DNA of 36,552 nt from Chloroflexota bacterium (GTDB lineage Bacteria > Chloroflexota > UBA6077 > JACQUR01): assembly GCA_016210245.1 (NCBI GenBank), contig JACQUR010000066.1:1-36552 (forward strand), in the 5' to 3' direction. The notes below the pieces were generated by a model. The model saw nothing but the letters and a program-made list of their open reading frames with translations, searched no databases and was not told the origin of the DNA. The position numbers and the translations under genes were made by a program. Positions 8,712-17,584 of this stretch are shown piece after piece. Numbering within the stretch: the first letter of the stretch is position 1; every line of letters begins with the position of its first letter.

Positions 8712-8942
8712 ATGGCAAGAGAGATCGCCCCTCGGGTCGCCGTCGATCCGGCTATTCGCTCTGGCAAGCCGGTGATCCGGGGTACCCGAGTGACGGTGGA
8801 GCTGGTCATCGCCAAGCTTGCGGGAGGCATGACGGCTGACGAGGTGGCCGCGGAATACGATTTGAGTGCGGAAGACGTGCGAGCGGCGCTGGGCTACGCT
8901 GCGAGCGTGTTGGCCGCAGAGGAAGTCCGAGTGACGGCGTAG
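8712..8942 (+). CDS. DUF433-type antitoxin-like protein
   Basis: MAREIAPRVAVDPAIRSGKPVIRGTRVTVELVI...YDLSAEDVRAAL is the typical DUF433 pattern. RBS is GGGAGGCGGGAG. Its stop abuts the next gene's start. Confidence 0.8.
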   Translation: MAREIAPRVAVDPAIRSGKPVIRGTRVTVELVIAKLAGGMTADEVAAEYDLSAEDVRAALGYAASVLAAEEVRVTA

Positions 8943-9320
8943 GTGTGGAAGTTCCTGGTTGACGAGGACATGCCACGCTCGGCAGCCGTGGTCTTGCGTC
9001 AGGCAGGGTACACGGCTGAGGACGTTCGCGACGTGGGCCTGCGTGGGCGGAGTGATAATGAGGTCTTCGCCCATGCCCAGGCCCAGGGGGAGATCCTGGT
9101 CACAGCCGATAAGGGCTTCGCCAACACGTTGCGTTTCCCGCCGGGGACCCATTCGGGCATCATCGTCGTTCGCGTGCCAGATGAACTCCCGACGCAGCGC
9201 ATCAACCACGAACTGCTGCGGGCTCTGCTGGACTTGCGAGACGAGGCCCTGACGGGCGTTCTGGCTATCGTGGAAGTAGGCCGCGTGCGCATCCGGCGCG
9301 TCAGCGGACGCGAGACATGA
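8943..9320 (+). CDS. DUF5615 (PIN-like/Mut7-C-like) putative toxin, partner of DUF433
   Basis: GTG follows directly after the upstream TAG. MWKFLVDEDMPRSAAVVLRQAGY...EVFAHAQAQGEILVTADKGF matches the DUF5615 pattern usually paired with DUF433. Confidence 0.75.
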   Translation: MWKFLVDEDMPRSAAVVLRQAGYTAEDVRDVGLRGRSDNEVFAHAQAQGEILVTADKGFANTLRFPPGTHSGIIVVRVPDELPTQRINHELLRALLDLRDEALTGVLAIVEVGRVRIRRVSGRET

Positions 9321-9331
9321 GCGCGCACCCC

Positions 9332-9351
9332 ATGTTTTTCACGTGAAACAT
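9332..9351. repeat. AT-rich palindrome ATGTTTTTCACGTGAAACAT, 12 nt after the toxin stop
   Basis: Core TTTCACGTGAAA is a perfect palindrome. It could be a weak terminator or a protein-binding site. Confidence 0.4.
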
Positions 9352-9464
9352 CCAGACGACCGAGGCTGCCATTCAGCAGCTCCAGAGCCCCTTGCCCTCC
9401 AGCTCCTCTCCCCTCCGCTCACCTCACCAACACAACCCGAAGCCGAGTCGGGCGCGTTGCAATG

Positions 9465-9947
9465 CTACGCAGCCTGCAGGGCTGGCACCCGGTCCTCCAC
9501 CAGTCTGCCGGTCTCGATATGGTACTTCAGCCCGGCCAGGACCGCTGGCACCATCTTGGTGAAGTTGCGCCTCACCAGCAGTCGGTCCATCAGCAGACCG
9601 ACGAGGCCGAACTTCAGCGTGTATTTGACCGCGAGACGGACCGCGGTTTCGTTCCCAACAGGTCGAACGCCGAGCCAGGCCACTACCTGCTTGAAGGGCG
9701 CGGTGCTGCGGACCATCTCGATGGTGTAGGACTCGCCCGGCCGCCAGGCCGTGACGGTCTCATCGATCGATCCATTCGGATAGAGCTCGCAGCGCCGGGT
9801 GGCTCCGATGCCCTCCCTCTCCTCCGAGACGTAGTACGCCCGGGCGACGCCCGGGTGGTAGTTCGCCACGGCTCCGATGTCCGCCAGGACATCCCACACC
9901 CTCTCCCTTGGAGCCTGGATCCGAATCTCTCCCGCTATGCGAGTCAT
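9465..9947 (-). CDS. SRPBCC (START/polyketide cyclase-like) family protein
   Basis: MTRIAGEIRIQAPRERVWDVLADIG...YHPGV is a typical SRPBCC N-terminus. ATG at 9947 is preceded by GGGGGAAAG. Confidence 0.8.
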   Translation of the reverse strand: MTRIAGEIRIQAPRERVWDVLADIGAVANYHPGVARAYYVSEEREGIGATRRCELYPNGSIDETVTAWRPGESYTIEMVRSTAPFKQVVAWLGVRPVGNETAVRLAVKYTLKFGLVGLLMDRLLVRRNFTKMVPAVLAGLKYHIETGRLVEDRVPALQAA

Positions 9948-10072
9948 GGGTCTTTCCCCCTGAGTCCCTCGGCGGCAAGCCACCGAACGAATTGTCCACT
10001 TCGAGTCTAGCGACGACCGGGCGCCGGGACATCAGGTATTCCCCGTATCTTCACGGAGCCCACGAGGGCAGA

Positions 10073-11638
10073 TCAGCCGAGGAGATCGTGCTGCAGGGCG
10101 AACAGGGTGGCCGCCGCCCGCGTGGACACGCCCGCCTTCAGGTAGATGTGCTCGATGTGCTTGGCGGCGGTCTTGGGGGAGATGGTGAACGCCTGCGCGA
10201 TCTCGCGTGTGGAGAGCCCGCGGGCGACCAATCGGAGCACCTCCACCTCGCGCGTGGTGAGGCCGGCCACGTGGGTACGGCGGCGGCGAGCCGGCGCCCC
10301 AGCCGCCTCCAGGACCGCCTCTGCCGCCTCGGCATCCACCCGACCGGCTCGGACCTCGCGCTGGAGCTCCTCCGCCGCCCGCTGACTATCGAGGGCCGCC
10401 CGGTGGGGTCGGGCCTCGGTCATGGCCTGGTAGCTATCGGCCGCGGCCAGGAGACGCACGGCCGGCGACTGAACCGAGGCCGGCGCAGCCCGGAAGTACC
10501 CCGATCCGTCGAGCCGCTCGTGATGCATGGAGGCCAGCGCGGACAGCTCCGGGCACCACGACACGCGGGCGAGCACGCGGGCGGTGTAGTAGGCGTGCAG
10601 GCGGACCTGCTCCCACTGCCCGGCGGTCAACGGCCCGGCCTTTCCCCACAGCGACGTGGAAACGCCTACCCGGCCGAGGTCATGCACCCAGCCCGCGTGC
10701 CGGAGCAAGCGGGCGTCCCTTTCCGGCAGCCCCGCTCGCCGGGCCGCGCGCTCGGCCAGGTTAGCCACCCTCACCGAGTGCCCCACCAGGTACGGCGACT
10801 TGAGGTCTACAAACTCGGCCATGGCTCGAAGGACATCTTCGAGCCGTTCCTCCGAGAGCGGCGTGGGCCCCCCGGGCTCGGCCTCGAGGACCGCTTCCCA
10901 GCGCGAGGCCACGGAAAGCACGGGTAGCAGGTCGGAAGCCTGGCGGAGGAGCGCCTCGGCGATCTCCGGCCGGTACCAGGTTCCCACCCGCGGCCGCATG
11001 GCCGCGTACACGGCGTCGGCCCCTCGCGCGTCGTGCATGGCCCTCGCGCCCTCAGCGACCTGCATCACCTGCAACGGGACGGAGAGCGCCTCGCCCCAGG
11101 TCTGGCCCGGAAATCCCTTCCCGTCCCAGCGCTCGTATACCAACCCGAGATCGCGCCGCAGCCGTTCGTCGAAGCCCAGTCGCGCTCCGAGCATCTGCGC
11201 CACCTCGCAGGTCGCGCTTCGTCCCTCGGCGAACAACTCGCCCGCCGCATGCACTCGTTCGAGCGCCTGCGCAGCGGCCAGCCCGGGCAAGGTCCGAGCG
11301 AAGACCTCCAGCAGGTACGGGACGATGACCTCGGGGTCGGAGAGGTCCAGGGTTGCAGCCCCGGCGCGCATCACGAGCTCGTCGCCCACCATTGCGGCGA
11401 GCTCGTGGTTCATGGCGGTGCAGCCGACGTGCTGGAGGAGGGAGAGGTAGTACACACGGCGCAGGTCGTCCTCTCCCAGGCCGAGGGCTTCACCCAATTT
11501 CGTGGCCAGGAGGCAGGTGCCCAAACCGGCCTCCATTGGCTGTCCTGACCCGAGGTCCGTTGCCAGCGACAGCACCCCGATCAGCTCAGCGAGCCGCGGC
11601 GGTGAGTCCCTCGCGCTCGGTTTGGCGGTGTCGCCCAT
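10073..11638 (-). CDS. HD/HD-GYP-domain protein with a C-terminal LuxR-type HTH
   Basis: HD-type segments (LLQHVGC..., HDLGRVGV...HHERLDGSGY). The C-terminus LTTREVEVLRLVARGLSTREIAQAFTISPKTAAKHIEHIY is a LuxR/GerE HTH. I chose the ATG at 11638. GTG at 11653 is an alternative start. Confidence 0.8.
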   Translation of the reverse strand: MGDTAKPSARDSPPRLAELIGVLSLATDLGSGQPMEAGLGTCLLATKLGEALGLGEDDLRRVYYLSLLQHVGCTAMNHELAAMVGDELVMRAGAATLDLSDPEVIVPYLLEVFARTLPGLAAAQALERVHAAGELFAEGRSATCEVAQMLGARLGFDERLRRDLGLVYERWDGKGFPGQTWGEALSVPLQVMQVAEGARAMHDARGADAVYAAMRPRVGTWYRPEIAEALLRQASDLLPVLSVASRWEAVLEAEPGGPTPLSEERLEDVLRAMAEFVDLKSPYLVGHSVRVANLAERAARRAGLPERDARLLRHAGWVHDLGRVGVSTSLWGKAGPLTAGQWEQVRLHAYYTARVLARVSWCPELSALASMHHERLDGSGYFRAAPASVQSPAVRLLAAADSYQAMTEARPHRAALDSQRAAEELQREVRAGRVDAEAAEAVLEAAGAPARRRRTHVAGLTTREVEVLRLVARGLSTREIAQAFTISPKTAAKHIEHIYLKAGVSTRAAATLFALQHDLLG

Positions 11639-11781
11639 CGACCTTCGGCTCACGCCTCAGTTATACCTGATCGCTCTCGAAGCCAGTGAGCGGCTCCTCT
11701 CCACGTACCGGACTGCTCAGCGGCGGCCATCGCGCTTCGGTGCGAGGCTGGTTATCCCCGCACGCGGTACCTGGCCCAGTG

Positions 11782-12645
11782 TCAGCCGCTGCCCCAATCC
11801 AGGAACGAGAGCTGCCCGGACGCGAAGAGCGCGCGCACTGTGTGGACGAAGGTGGCGGGGGCCGGGTAGTCGGGATGAGACCGGAACAGGGCGGCAGCTC
11901 GGTCCAACGCATCCATCTCGGCCACGCCCCGCACAACCGCCGCGTCCGCTCCGCTCTGCGCAAAGAGCAGGCGCGCCGGGTTGAGCCGCCGCTGCTCGAT
12001 GGCGGTCTTCACCCTGCGACGGCAGCGGCACGGATTGGTGGGCTCGACGAGCCCGCACTTCCGTTGCATGAAGCCGCGGAGGGCGGCCCGGGCTCGGCTG
12101 AGACGCTTGCGGCAGGCGGCAGCCGAGATGCCGAAGATCTCTGCCGCTTCCCGGTCCGTCACCTGGAAGATCTCGCCGAGGACGTACGCCGCCCGCTCCT
12201 CGCGGCTCAGGCACAGCAGCATCCCCTGCATGCAGCCGATCTTGACCTCCTCCAGCAGCAGCCGCTCATCGACCGCGGCCGAGGCATCCGGGATCGTCTC
12301 GGCCAATCCCTGCTCGAGGTCCTGGGCGAACTCGGCGAAGCTCCTGGCCTGCTGCTCCACCTGCCGCTTGCGGGTGGTCAGCACATGATTGACCGCGATG
12401 CGCCAGGTCCAGGTGCTGAAGCGGCTGCCACGCCGAAAGTCGCTGAGGTGCGTGACGATCTTGATGAGGATCTCCTGCGTGGCATCCTCGGCATCGGCCG
12501 GGTGCCAGAGCATGCGCACGGCCAGGTTGTAGATCCGACCCTGGATCTGCGCCACGAGCGCTTCGAGGGCAGCCCGGTCACCACGCCGGGCTGCCTCGAC
12601 CAGGTAGTCCTCGGATGCTTGCGGTCGTTCAGCGCTGCTGCGCAT
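11782..12645 (-). CDS. ECF-type sigma-70 factor with a ~100-aa C-terminal extension carrying a C-x8-C-x-C motif
   Basis: Region 2 (DAEDATQEILIKIV...FSTWTWRIAVNHVL) and region 4 (LSREERAAYVLGEIFQVTDREAAEIFGISAAACRKRLSRARAAL). The extension is KCGLVEPTNPCRCRRRV... Confidence 0.85.
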   Translation of the reverse strand: MRSSAERPQASEDYLVEAARRGDRAALEALVAQIQGRIYNLAVRMLWHPADAEDATQEILIKIVTHLSDFRRGSRFSTWTWRIAVNHVLTTRKRQVEQQARSFAEFAQDLEQGLAETIPDASAAVDERLLLEEVKIGCMQGMLLCLSREERAAYVLGEIFQVTDREAAEIFGISAAACRKRLSRARAALRGFMQRKCGLVEPTNPCRCRRRVKTAIEQRRLNPARLLFAQSGADAAVVRGVAEMDALDRAAALFRSHPDYPAPATFVHTVRALFASGQLSFLDWGSG

Positions 12646-13039
12646 CTGCCGTCTGCTCCAGAATGCGCTTGAGGTGCTGCAGTTCCTGGTCCATTCCGCG
12701 CTGAGCGGCTCGGAATGCCTCTTCGGGCAACTCTGCCGGCATGCTGAAGGTGAAGGTGTACAGGAGACTTCCCGCGAGAGCGGTCAAGCGCGTCGGCAGC
12801 ACGACCCCGTTTGGGAACTCGATGTCGATGGTGCCCAGGTTGCGGTTGGTCCGCCATTGGATCGGTACCTCGCCGTTGGGCGTAGCCATGATAATCTGAT
12901 CGCCTTCCTGGCGGATGCCCTTGACGAAGTTGATGGCCCAGTGCGGCTGGTTGCGCCAGTTACTGAGATACGCGAAGGCGCGGTCGTATGGCACGTTTTC
13001 CAGGGTTACGCTATGGGTCGAATGGCGCATCCCGGCCAT
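12629..13039 (-). CDS. Small SRPBCC-like protein co-transcribed with the ECF sigma factor
   Basis: ATG at 13039 follows GAGGAGGGGAG. Its 3' end overlaps the sigma start by 17 nt. The fold assignment rests on pattern only (VPYDRAFAYLSNWRNQPHWAINF). Confidence 0.6.
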   Translation of the reverse strand: MAGMRHSTHSVTLENVPYDRAFAYLSNWRNQPHWAINFVKGIRQEGDQIIMATPNGEVPIQWRTNRNLGTIDIEFPNGVVLPTRLTALAGSLLYTFTFSMPAELPEEAFRAAQRGMDQELQHLKRILEQTADAQQR

Positions 13040-13332
13040 GGCTGTCTCCCCTCCTCGATACTGGTTTCAGGAAGTTAGACACTGCTCCGGGGCCAACTGT
13101 GACATCAGCGCGGCGAAGCGATTCAGCCGCCGGGCAAAGACGGCCGCGCGGAGGGGAGGATGGTGGACGTGGCACATCTTCTGCGCGGCCATCCCTCGGC
13201 AGCGAGTCCAGAGTCGAAAGCCGACCGTCGAATTCTACCGTCGCACGCTCACGGTCTGATCGTCGTATCCCTTTCGGCCTTCGGCACTCGACCTCCGACT
13301 CGCTGGAGGATACCGCACGGGAGGGATGCCAG

Positions 13333-14652
13333 ATGCGTGGACGCTGGGGCGCCAGGGCGACCGCCCTGGCTGGAGTCATGTCGCTGGGGCTTGCCATCGC
13401 CGTGGCCATCGCGGCCGACAGTGGGAGCCAGAGCCGAGCGCAGGTGGGGACCGAGAGCCCCCCGCCGGCCAGCACGTCGGAGCCCGCGCTCACCATGGTG
13501 CCCGAGCCCACCACGGCCGCACCGACCGTCGCCCCCTCACCCTCGACCGTCGCCCAGACCAGCGGGCTGGCCTGGGTCGAGCTCGACCGTTACGCCCTCC
13601 GCCCCGGAGAGGCGCTCCAGCTCCGCGGCGGCGGCTTCGCGCCCGGGGAGACCGTGCGGGCGGCGCTGCGTGACAGTGCCGGCGAGCGCGCGCTGGGCGA
13701 CCTGGCCGCCGATGGGGTGGGCAGCCTGGCAGCCAGCCCCCTGCCGCTGCCCGCGCTCGACCGCGGCAGCTATACCCTGGTCCTCACCGGTGACCAGAGC
13801 GGGGCGGTGGTCGAGCGCCGCCTGACGGTGGTCGGCTTCGACCCCTGGGTCGTGCTCGACCACTACACCCTGGCCCCGGGCACCAGCACCGGCTTGCAGG
13901 GTTTCGGCTTCCAACCGGGCGAGGCGGTCCAGGTACACGTGGACGGGGCCACGCGCCCCCTCCAGCGCGCCGAGGCCGACCAGCAGGGCGAGCTGCGGAT
14001 CGAGAACCTGGTGCGCGCCACGCCGGCCGACGTGGGCAAGCACCGCCTGGTCGTCCGCTCCGAGTCCGGCCGCGCCGACCTGGACACGACCTACGAGGTG
14101 CTCCCCTTCTACCCGGTCATGACCCTGGCCGCCTACGCCGGCCCGCCGGGCGCGGAGGTGCGCTTCGACGGGCGCGGCTTCGCGCCCGGCGAGACCGTGC
14201 GCATCCTGCTCGGCCCGGATGGCCGCCTCCAGGAGGTGGCCAGCTTCCAGGCGGACCAGGATGGCGCCTTCCAGGAGGCTGGCCCCTGGCGCGTGCCCTA
14301 CAACGCCCAGGGCGGCGAGCTGCGGCTGGTGGCTGAAGGCGAGCAGAGCCGCGTGGCCCGTGACCAGACGTTCCAGGTCGTGCGCCACCAGCCGTGGCTG
14401 AGCCTCGACCAGACCAGCGGGCCGCCCGGGACCCAGGTCACCGTGCAGGGCGCGGGCTTCGGGGCCGAGGAGCCGGTGGCCCTCTCCGTGGCCGGGCGGG
14501 AGCTGGCCACCGCGACCGCCGATGCCCGCGGCGCCCTGGCCGACGTGGGCCCTCTCGCGCTCCCCCAGGACGCGAGCGGCGAGTTGGAGCTGGTGGCGCA
14601 CGGCCAGGAAACCGGTGCCCAGGCCAGCGCCACCTTCTTCAGCGCTCAATAG
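13333..14652 (+). CDS. Secreted protein with four ~90-aa Ig-like tandem repeats
   Basis: ATG at 13333 follows GGGAGGGA. The signal-like N-terminus is MRGRWGARATALAGVMSLGLAIAVAIA. The repeated pattern is W/V-x-L-D-x-Y-x-x-x-PG-x-x-x-x-x-x-G-x-GF-x-PGE-x-V, four times. Confidence 0.75.
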   Translation: MRGRWGARATALAGVMSLGLAIAVAIAADSGSQSRAQVGTESPPPASTSEPALTMVPEPTTAAPTVAPSPSTVAQTSGLAWVELDRYALRPGEALQLRGGGFAPGETVRAALRDSAGERALGDLAADGVGSLAASPLPLPALDRGSYTLVLTGDQSGAVVERRLTVVGFDPWVVLDHYTLAPGTSTGLQGFGFQPGEAVQVHVDGATRPLQRAEADQQGELRIENLVRATPADVGKHRLVVRSESGRADLDTTYEVLPFYPVMTLAAYAGPPGAEVRFDGRGFAPGETVRILLGPDGRLQEVASFQADQDGAFQEAGPWRVPYNAQGGELRLVAEGEQSRVARDQTFQVVRHQPWLSLDQTSGPPGTQVTVQGAGFGAEEPVALSVAGRELATATADARGALADVGPLALPQDASGELELVAHGQETGAQASATFFSAQ

Positions 14653-14656
14653 GGCC

Positions 14657-16198
14657 ATGGCGGGACGCGGGGACGTTTCGGGACGCGGAGACGCGCGGCA
14701 CGCCCCGCGTCTCCGCGTCCCCGCGTCCCCGCGTCTCTCCGTGTGGCTCGCCACCATCCTGGTCGTGCTCGGGCCGCTGCTCCCGTGGCCGCGGCTGCTG
14801 GCGGCGCCACCGCCTGGCGACGGCCAGCTCCTGGTGCGTGGCCAGCCCGCCTTTCTGGCCGGGGTCAACTACCCCTGGCGCAGCCCCCAGGACTTCGGGA
14901 CCGGCGAATGGGGCCACTCCGGGGTGAGCAACCCGACGACCTACGCGGAGGTGGACACCGACTTTGCCAACCTGGCCGCCCAGGGGGTGCGGGTGGTCAA
15001 GTGGCGCGTGTTCAACGACGGGCGCTACAGCCCCGAGTTCGACGCCCGCGGCTTCCCCACCGGGCTGGACGACCAGTTCTTCCCCGACCTGGACGCCGCC
15101 CTGGCCCTGGCCCGCAAGCACGACCTGCGCCTGGTCCTGGTCCTGTTCTCGAGTGGCTTCTGGACCACGAACTGCACCGCGCCGGAGGGAGTCCACTTCG
15201 GCGGCCACGCCGACCTGCTGCTCAATCCGGCCAAGCGCCACTCCCTGGTGCAGCGAGTCCTCATCCCGCTGCTCCAACACCTCGGCGCCGACGACCGCGT
15301 GCTGGCCTACGAGATCCTGGCCGAGCCCGACTGGGGCATCACCGAGCTGCACCGCGACCCCGACTGGCGCCTCAAGGTGCCGCTGGCGCCCGTGCGCGCG
15401 CTCGTCGCCGAGGCGGCCCGGGCCATCCATACCTACTCGCCCGCGCTGGCCACCCTGGAAACCAACCGTGCCTCCCATCTGCCCGCCTGGCGCGGCCTGG
15501 GCCTGGACTATTACTCCTTCTCCTGGTACGACTGGGTGGAGCCTTACGACCCGCTCGACGTTCCCGCCCGCGCCCTGGGCGTGGACCGACCCGTGGTGCT
15601 GGGCGAGTTCCCGGCCGACGGGAGCGCGTACTACGGCCTGTCGGAGGTGCTGGAGCTCGCCCTGCGCCAGGGCTACGCGGGTGCCTTTGGTTGGAGCTAC
15701 TGGGGTGCCGACCAGATGGGCGAGTGGGCCGCGGCGGTGGAGCAGTATCTCCCCTGGGCGCGCACCCACTGGCCGGCCATCAACCTGGGCGCGGCGGCCT
15801 TGCCCCCGCCGAGGCCGCCGGCCCCGCTGCCGCTCCCCTTTGGCTATGGTGACCTGCGGCTGAGCTTCAGCCAGGGGGCGCTGGTGGTTCAGATGGACCT
15901 GCTGGCGCGCGACCCGGGCCGCTACACCGCCAAGCTCTACCTCCGCCCGGCGGGCCAGCCGGCCAGCCTCGACCAGGCGCTGGAGGTGGCGGGCGGCAAG
16001 CCCCAGACGCTGGCGGTGCGTTTCTCGAACCTGGACGAGGGCCGGCGCTACCAGCTCAGCCTGGGCGTCTTCGATGAGCGGTGGCGTCTGCGCAAGTGGT
16101 ACGACTCGGTGGCGAGCTTCATCGTGCGCGACGGCCAGCTCGAGCAGCCCCAGCTCAGCGTGCAGGAGCGAGAGGACCCCTGCGCTCGCGTTTCGTGA
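14657..16198 (+). CDS. Clan GH-A (GH5-like) glycoside hydrolase with an unknown C-terminal domain. Start uncertain.
   Basis: YEILAEPDW (NEP-like acid/base position) and VVLGEFPADG (nucleophile position) sit in a TIM-barrel-like spacing. ATG at 14657 places the heptamer hairpin inside the first 28 codons. GTG at 14741 would leave the hairpin intergenic. Confidence 0.7.
   Translation: MAGRGDVSGRGDARHAPRLRVPASPRLSVWLATILVVLGPLLPWPRLLAAPPPGDGQLLVRGQPAFLAGVNYPWRSPQDFGTGEWGHSGVSNPTTYAEVDTDFANLAAQGVRVVKWRVFNDGRYSPEFDARGFPTGLDDQFFPDLDAALALARKHDLRLVLVLFSSGFWTTNCTAPEGVHFGGHADLLLNPAKRHSLVQRVLIPLLQHLGADDRVLAYEILAEPDWGITELHRDPDWRLKVPLAPVRALVAEAARAIHTYSPALATLETNRASHLPAWRGLGLDYYSFSWYDWVEPYDPLDVPARALGVDRPVVLGEFPADGSAYYGLSEVLELALRQGYAGAFGWSYWGADQMGEWAAAVEQYLPWARTHWPAINLGAAALPPPRPPAPLPLPFGYGDLRLSFSQGALVVQMDLLARDPGRYTAKLYLRPAGQPASLDQALEVAGGKPQTLAVRFSNLDEGRRYQLSLGVFDERWRLRKWYDSVASFIVRDGQLEQPQLSVQEREDPCARVS
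14662..14740. repeat. Inverted heptamer arrays (GGGACGC-type units) forming a 16-bp perfect hairpin
   Basis: GGGACGCGGAGACGCG (14680-14695) pairs perfectly with CGCGTCTCCGCGTCCC (14706-14721). More gggacgc/gcgtccc units flank both arms. Confidence 0.9.
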
Positions 16199-17465
16199 GC
16201 AGCGCCTCCACCTCGGGATCCAGCGGCGGCAAGGTCGCCTCCTCCAGGCGCTCGGCCCGCCGCGTGCCGCCATCCAGGGCACGGATGAAGTTCTTGTAGA
16301 CCTGCTGCAGCTCCCAGATGATCCCGTCGGAGCCCAGCTCCCACCACTCGCGCGGGGTGAAGTAGGCCGACACCTCCGCTTCGGAGCCACCGTGCCCGAA
16401 CCACTGGATCAGGTGCAGGTTGTCGGACTGGGTCAGCCAGAGCGCCAGGTCCAGCGCGCGCCGGTCGTGGGTCAGGCGGGCCTTGTTGTAGGCGTGGAGC
16501 ATGAGCTGGAAGATCGCCTGCTGGGCGCCGTTGCCCAGGAAGAACTCCATTCCGCCGGAGCCAGCCCAGGTGCTGGGGAAGGCAGGCAGCGGCAGGTGGT
16601 GGCTGCGCTCCGCGTGCGCGGCGATGGCCTCGCTAGCCGTCAGGAAGCGCATCCCCCGCCGATGGACCTCCCAGGGCAGGCGACGCAGGAAGTCGAAGAT
16701 GCCTGTCTCGCGCCAGTGGTGCTCGCCGAAGGTCTCGTAGTCCCAGCCCAGGACCACCAGGTCGCCCCGCGCCTCGCGCAGCCAGTGGGCGTAGGTATCG
16801 GCGAACAGTGGCCAGCCGGACCAGGTGCGGTTGGAGAAGCGGTAGCCCACGTCATCGCTCAGTCGATGGTGCCGCGCCAGCAGCTTCAGGTTGCGCCCGC
16901 TGTGATAGAGAAAGGAAGGCTCGCGCCAGCCCAACACCCACGGCCGCCCATCGATGAAGCTGCCGCTGAACCCTGCCCGGTCCAGGGCCAGGGCGATCGG
17001 GTCCGACATGCACAGCTCGGTGGTATCGGTCACCGTCGGGCGCTGGCCGAAGATCGCCTCCAGGCGATCTTGCGCCCAGGACATGCGGGCGACGAAGCGC
17101 TCCAGGTCGAGCAGCAGGATGAAGCTGTGGTAGGGCTCTACCCCGATCAGCTCCACGTTGGGGTGGGCCACCAGGCGACGGAACAGGTCCAGCAGCCGTG
17201 GGTCCCAGGCCTGCGCCTGGCGGAGAAAGGAGAGGGAGAAGCCGAGGTTGAGCTTCAGCCCCTGCGCCACGAGCTCCGTGAACACCTCCGTGGCCGGCCA
17301 GTAGCAGGTCTGGGCAACCTTGCGGAAGTAGCGCTCGTTCAGCCGTTCGTCAAACAGGCAACGCTCGACGTCCTCGGGGCTGGCGCCCGGCGGGATAGGC
17401 TGGGCCGGCAGCTTCAGCCGCCGCGGCTGGTGGATCACGGTGTAGACGGCGAGGTCCTCAGCCAT
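16155..17465 (-). CDS. Glycoside hydrolase family 57-like protein
   Basis: N-terminal YTVIHQP and WDYETFGEHHW segments are typical of GH57-type enzymes. Its 3' end overlaps the convergent GH5-like gene by 44 nt. Confidence 0.7.
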   Translation of the reverse strand: MAEDLAVYTVIHQPRRLKLPAQPIPPGASPEDVERCLFDERLNERYFRKVAQTCYWPATEVFTELVAQGLKLNLGFSLSFLRQAQAWDPRLLDLFRRLVAHPNVELIGVEPYHSFILLLDLERFVARMSWAQDRLEAIFGQRPTVTDTTELCMSDPIALALDRAGFSGSFIDGRPWVLGWREPSFLYHSGRNLKLLARHHRLSDDVGYRFSNRTWSGWPLFADTYAHWLREARGDLVVLGWDYETFGEHHWRETGIFDFLRRLPWEVHRRGMRFLTASEAIAAHAERSHHLPLPAFPSTWAGSGGMEFFLGNGAQQAIFQLMLHAYNKARLTHDRRALDLALWLTQSDNLHLIQWFGHGGSEAEVSAYFTPREWWELGSDGIIWELQQVYKNFIRALDGGTRRAERLEEATLPPLDPEVEALLTKRERRGPLAPAR

Positions 17466-17474
17466 GACTTGATT

Positions 17475-17576
17475 GCAGATTTGAGATTTGAGATTTGAGA
17501 TTTGAGAGTGCAGAATGCAGAGTGTTCAATCTGCACTCTGCATTCTCAAATCTCAAATCTCAAATCTCAAATCTGC
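17475..17576. repeat. Near-perfect ~100-bp inverted repeat built from AGATTTG x4 arrays
   Basis: Left arm is gcagatttgagatttgagatttgagatttgaga(gtgcaga)atgcagagtg. The right arm is its reverse complement without the bracketed heptamer. It lies between the GT4 stop (17585) and the GH57 start (17465), which run in the same direction. Confidence 0.95.
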
Positions 17577-17584
17577 ACTCACCT

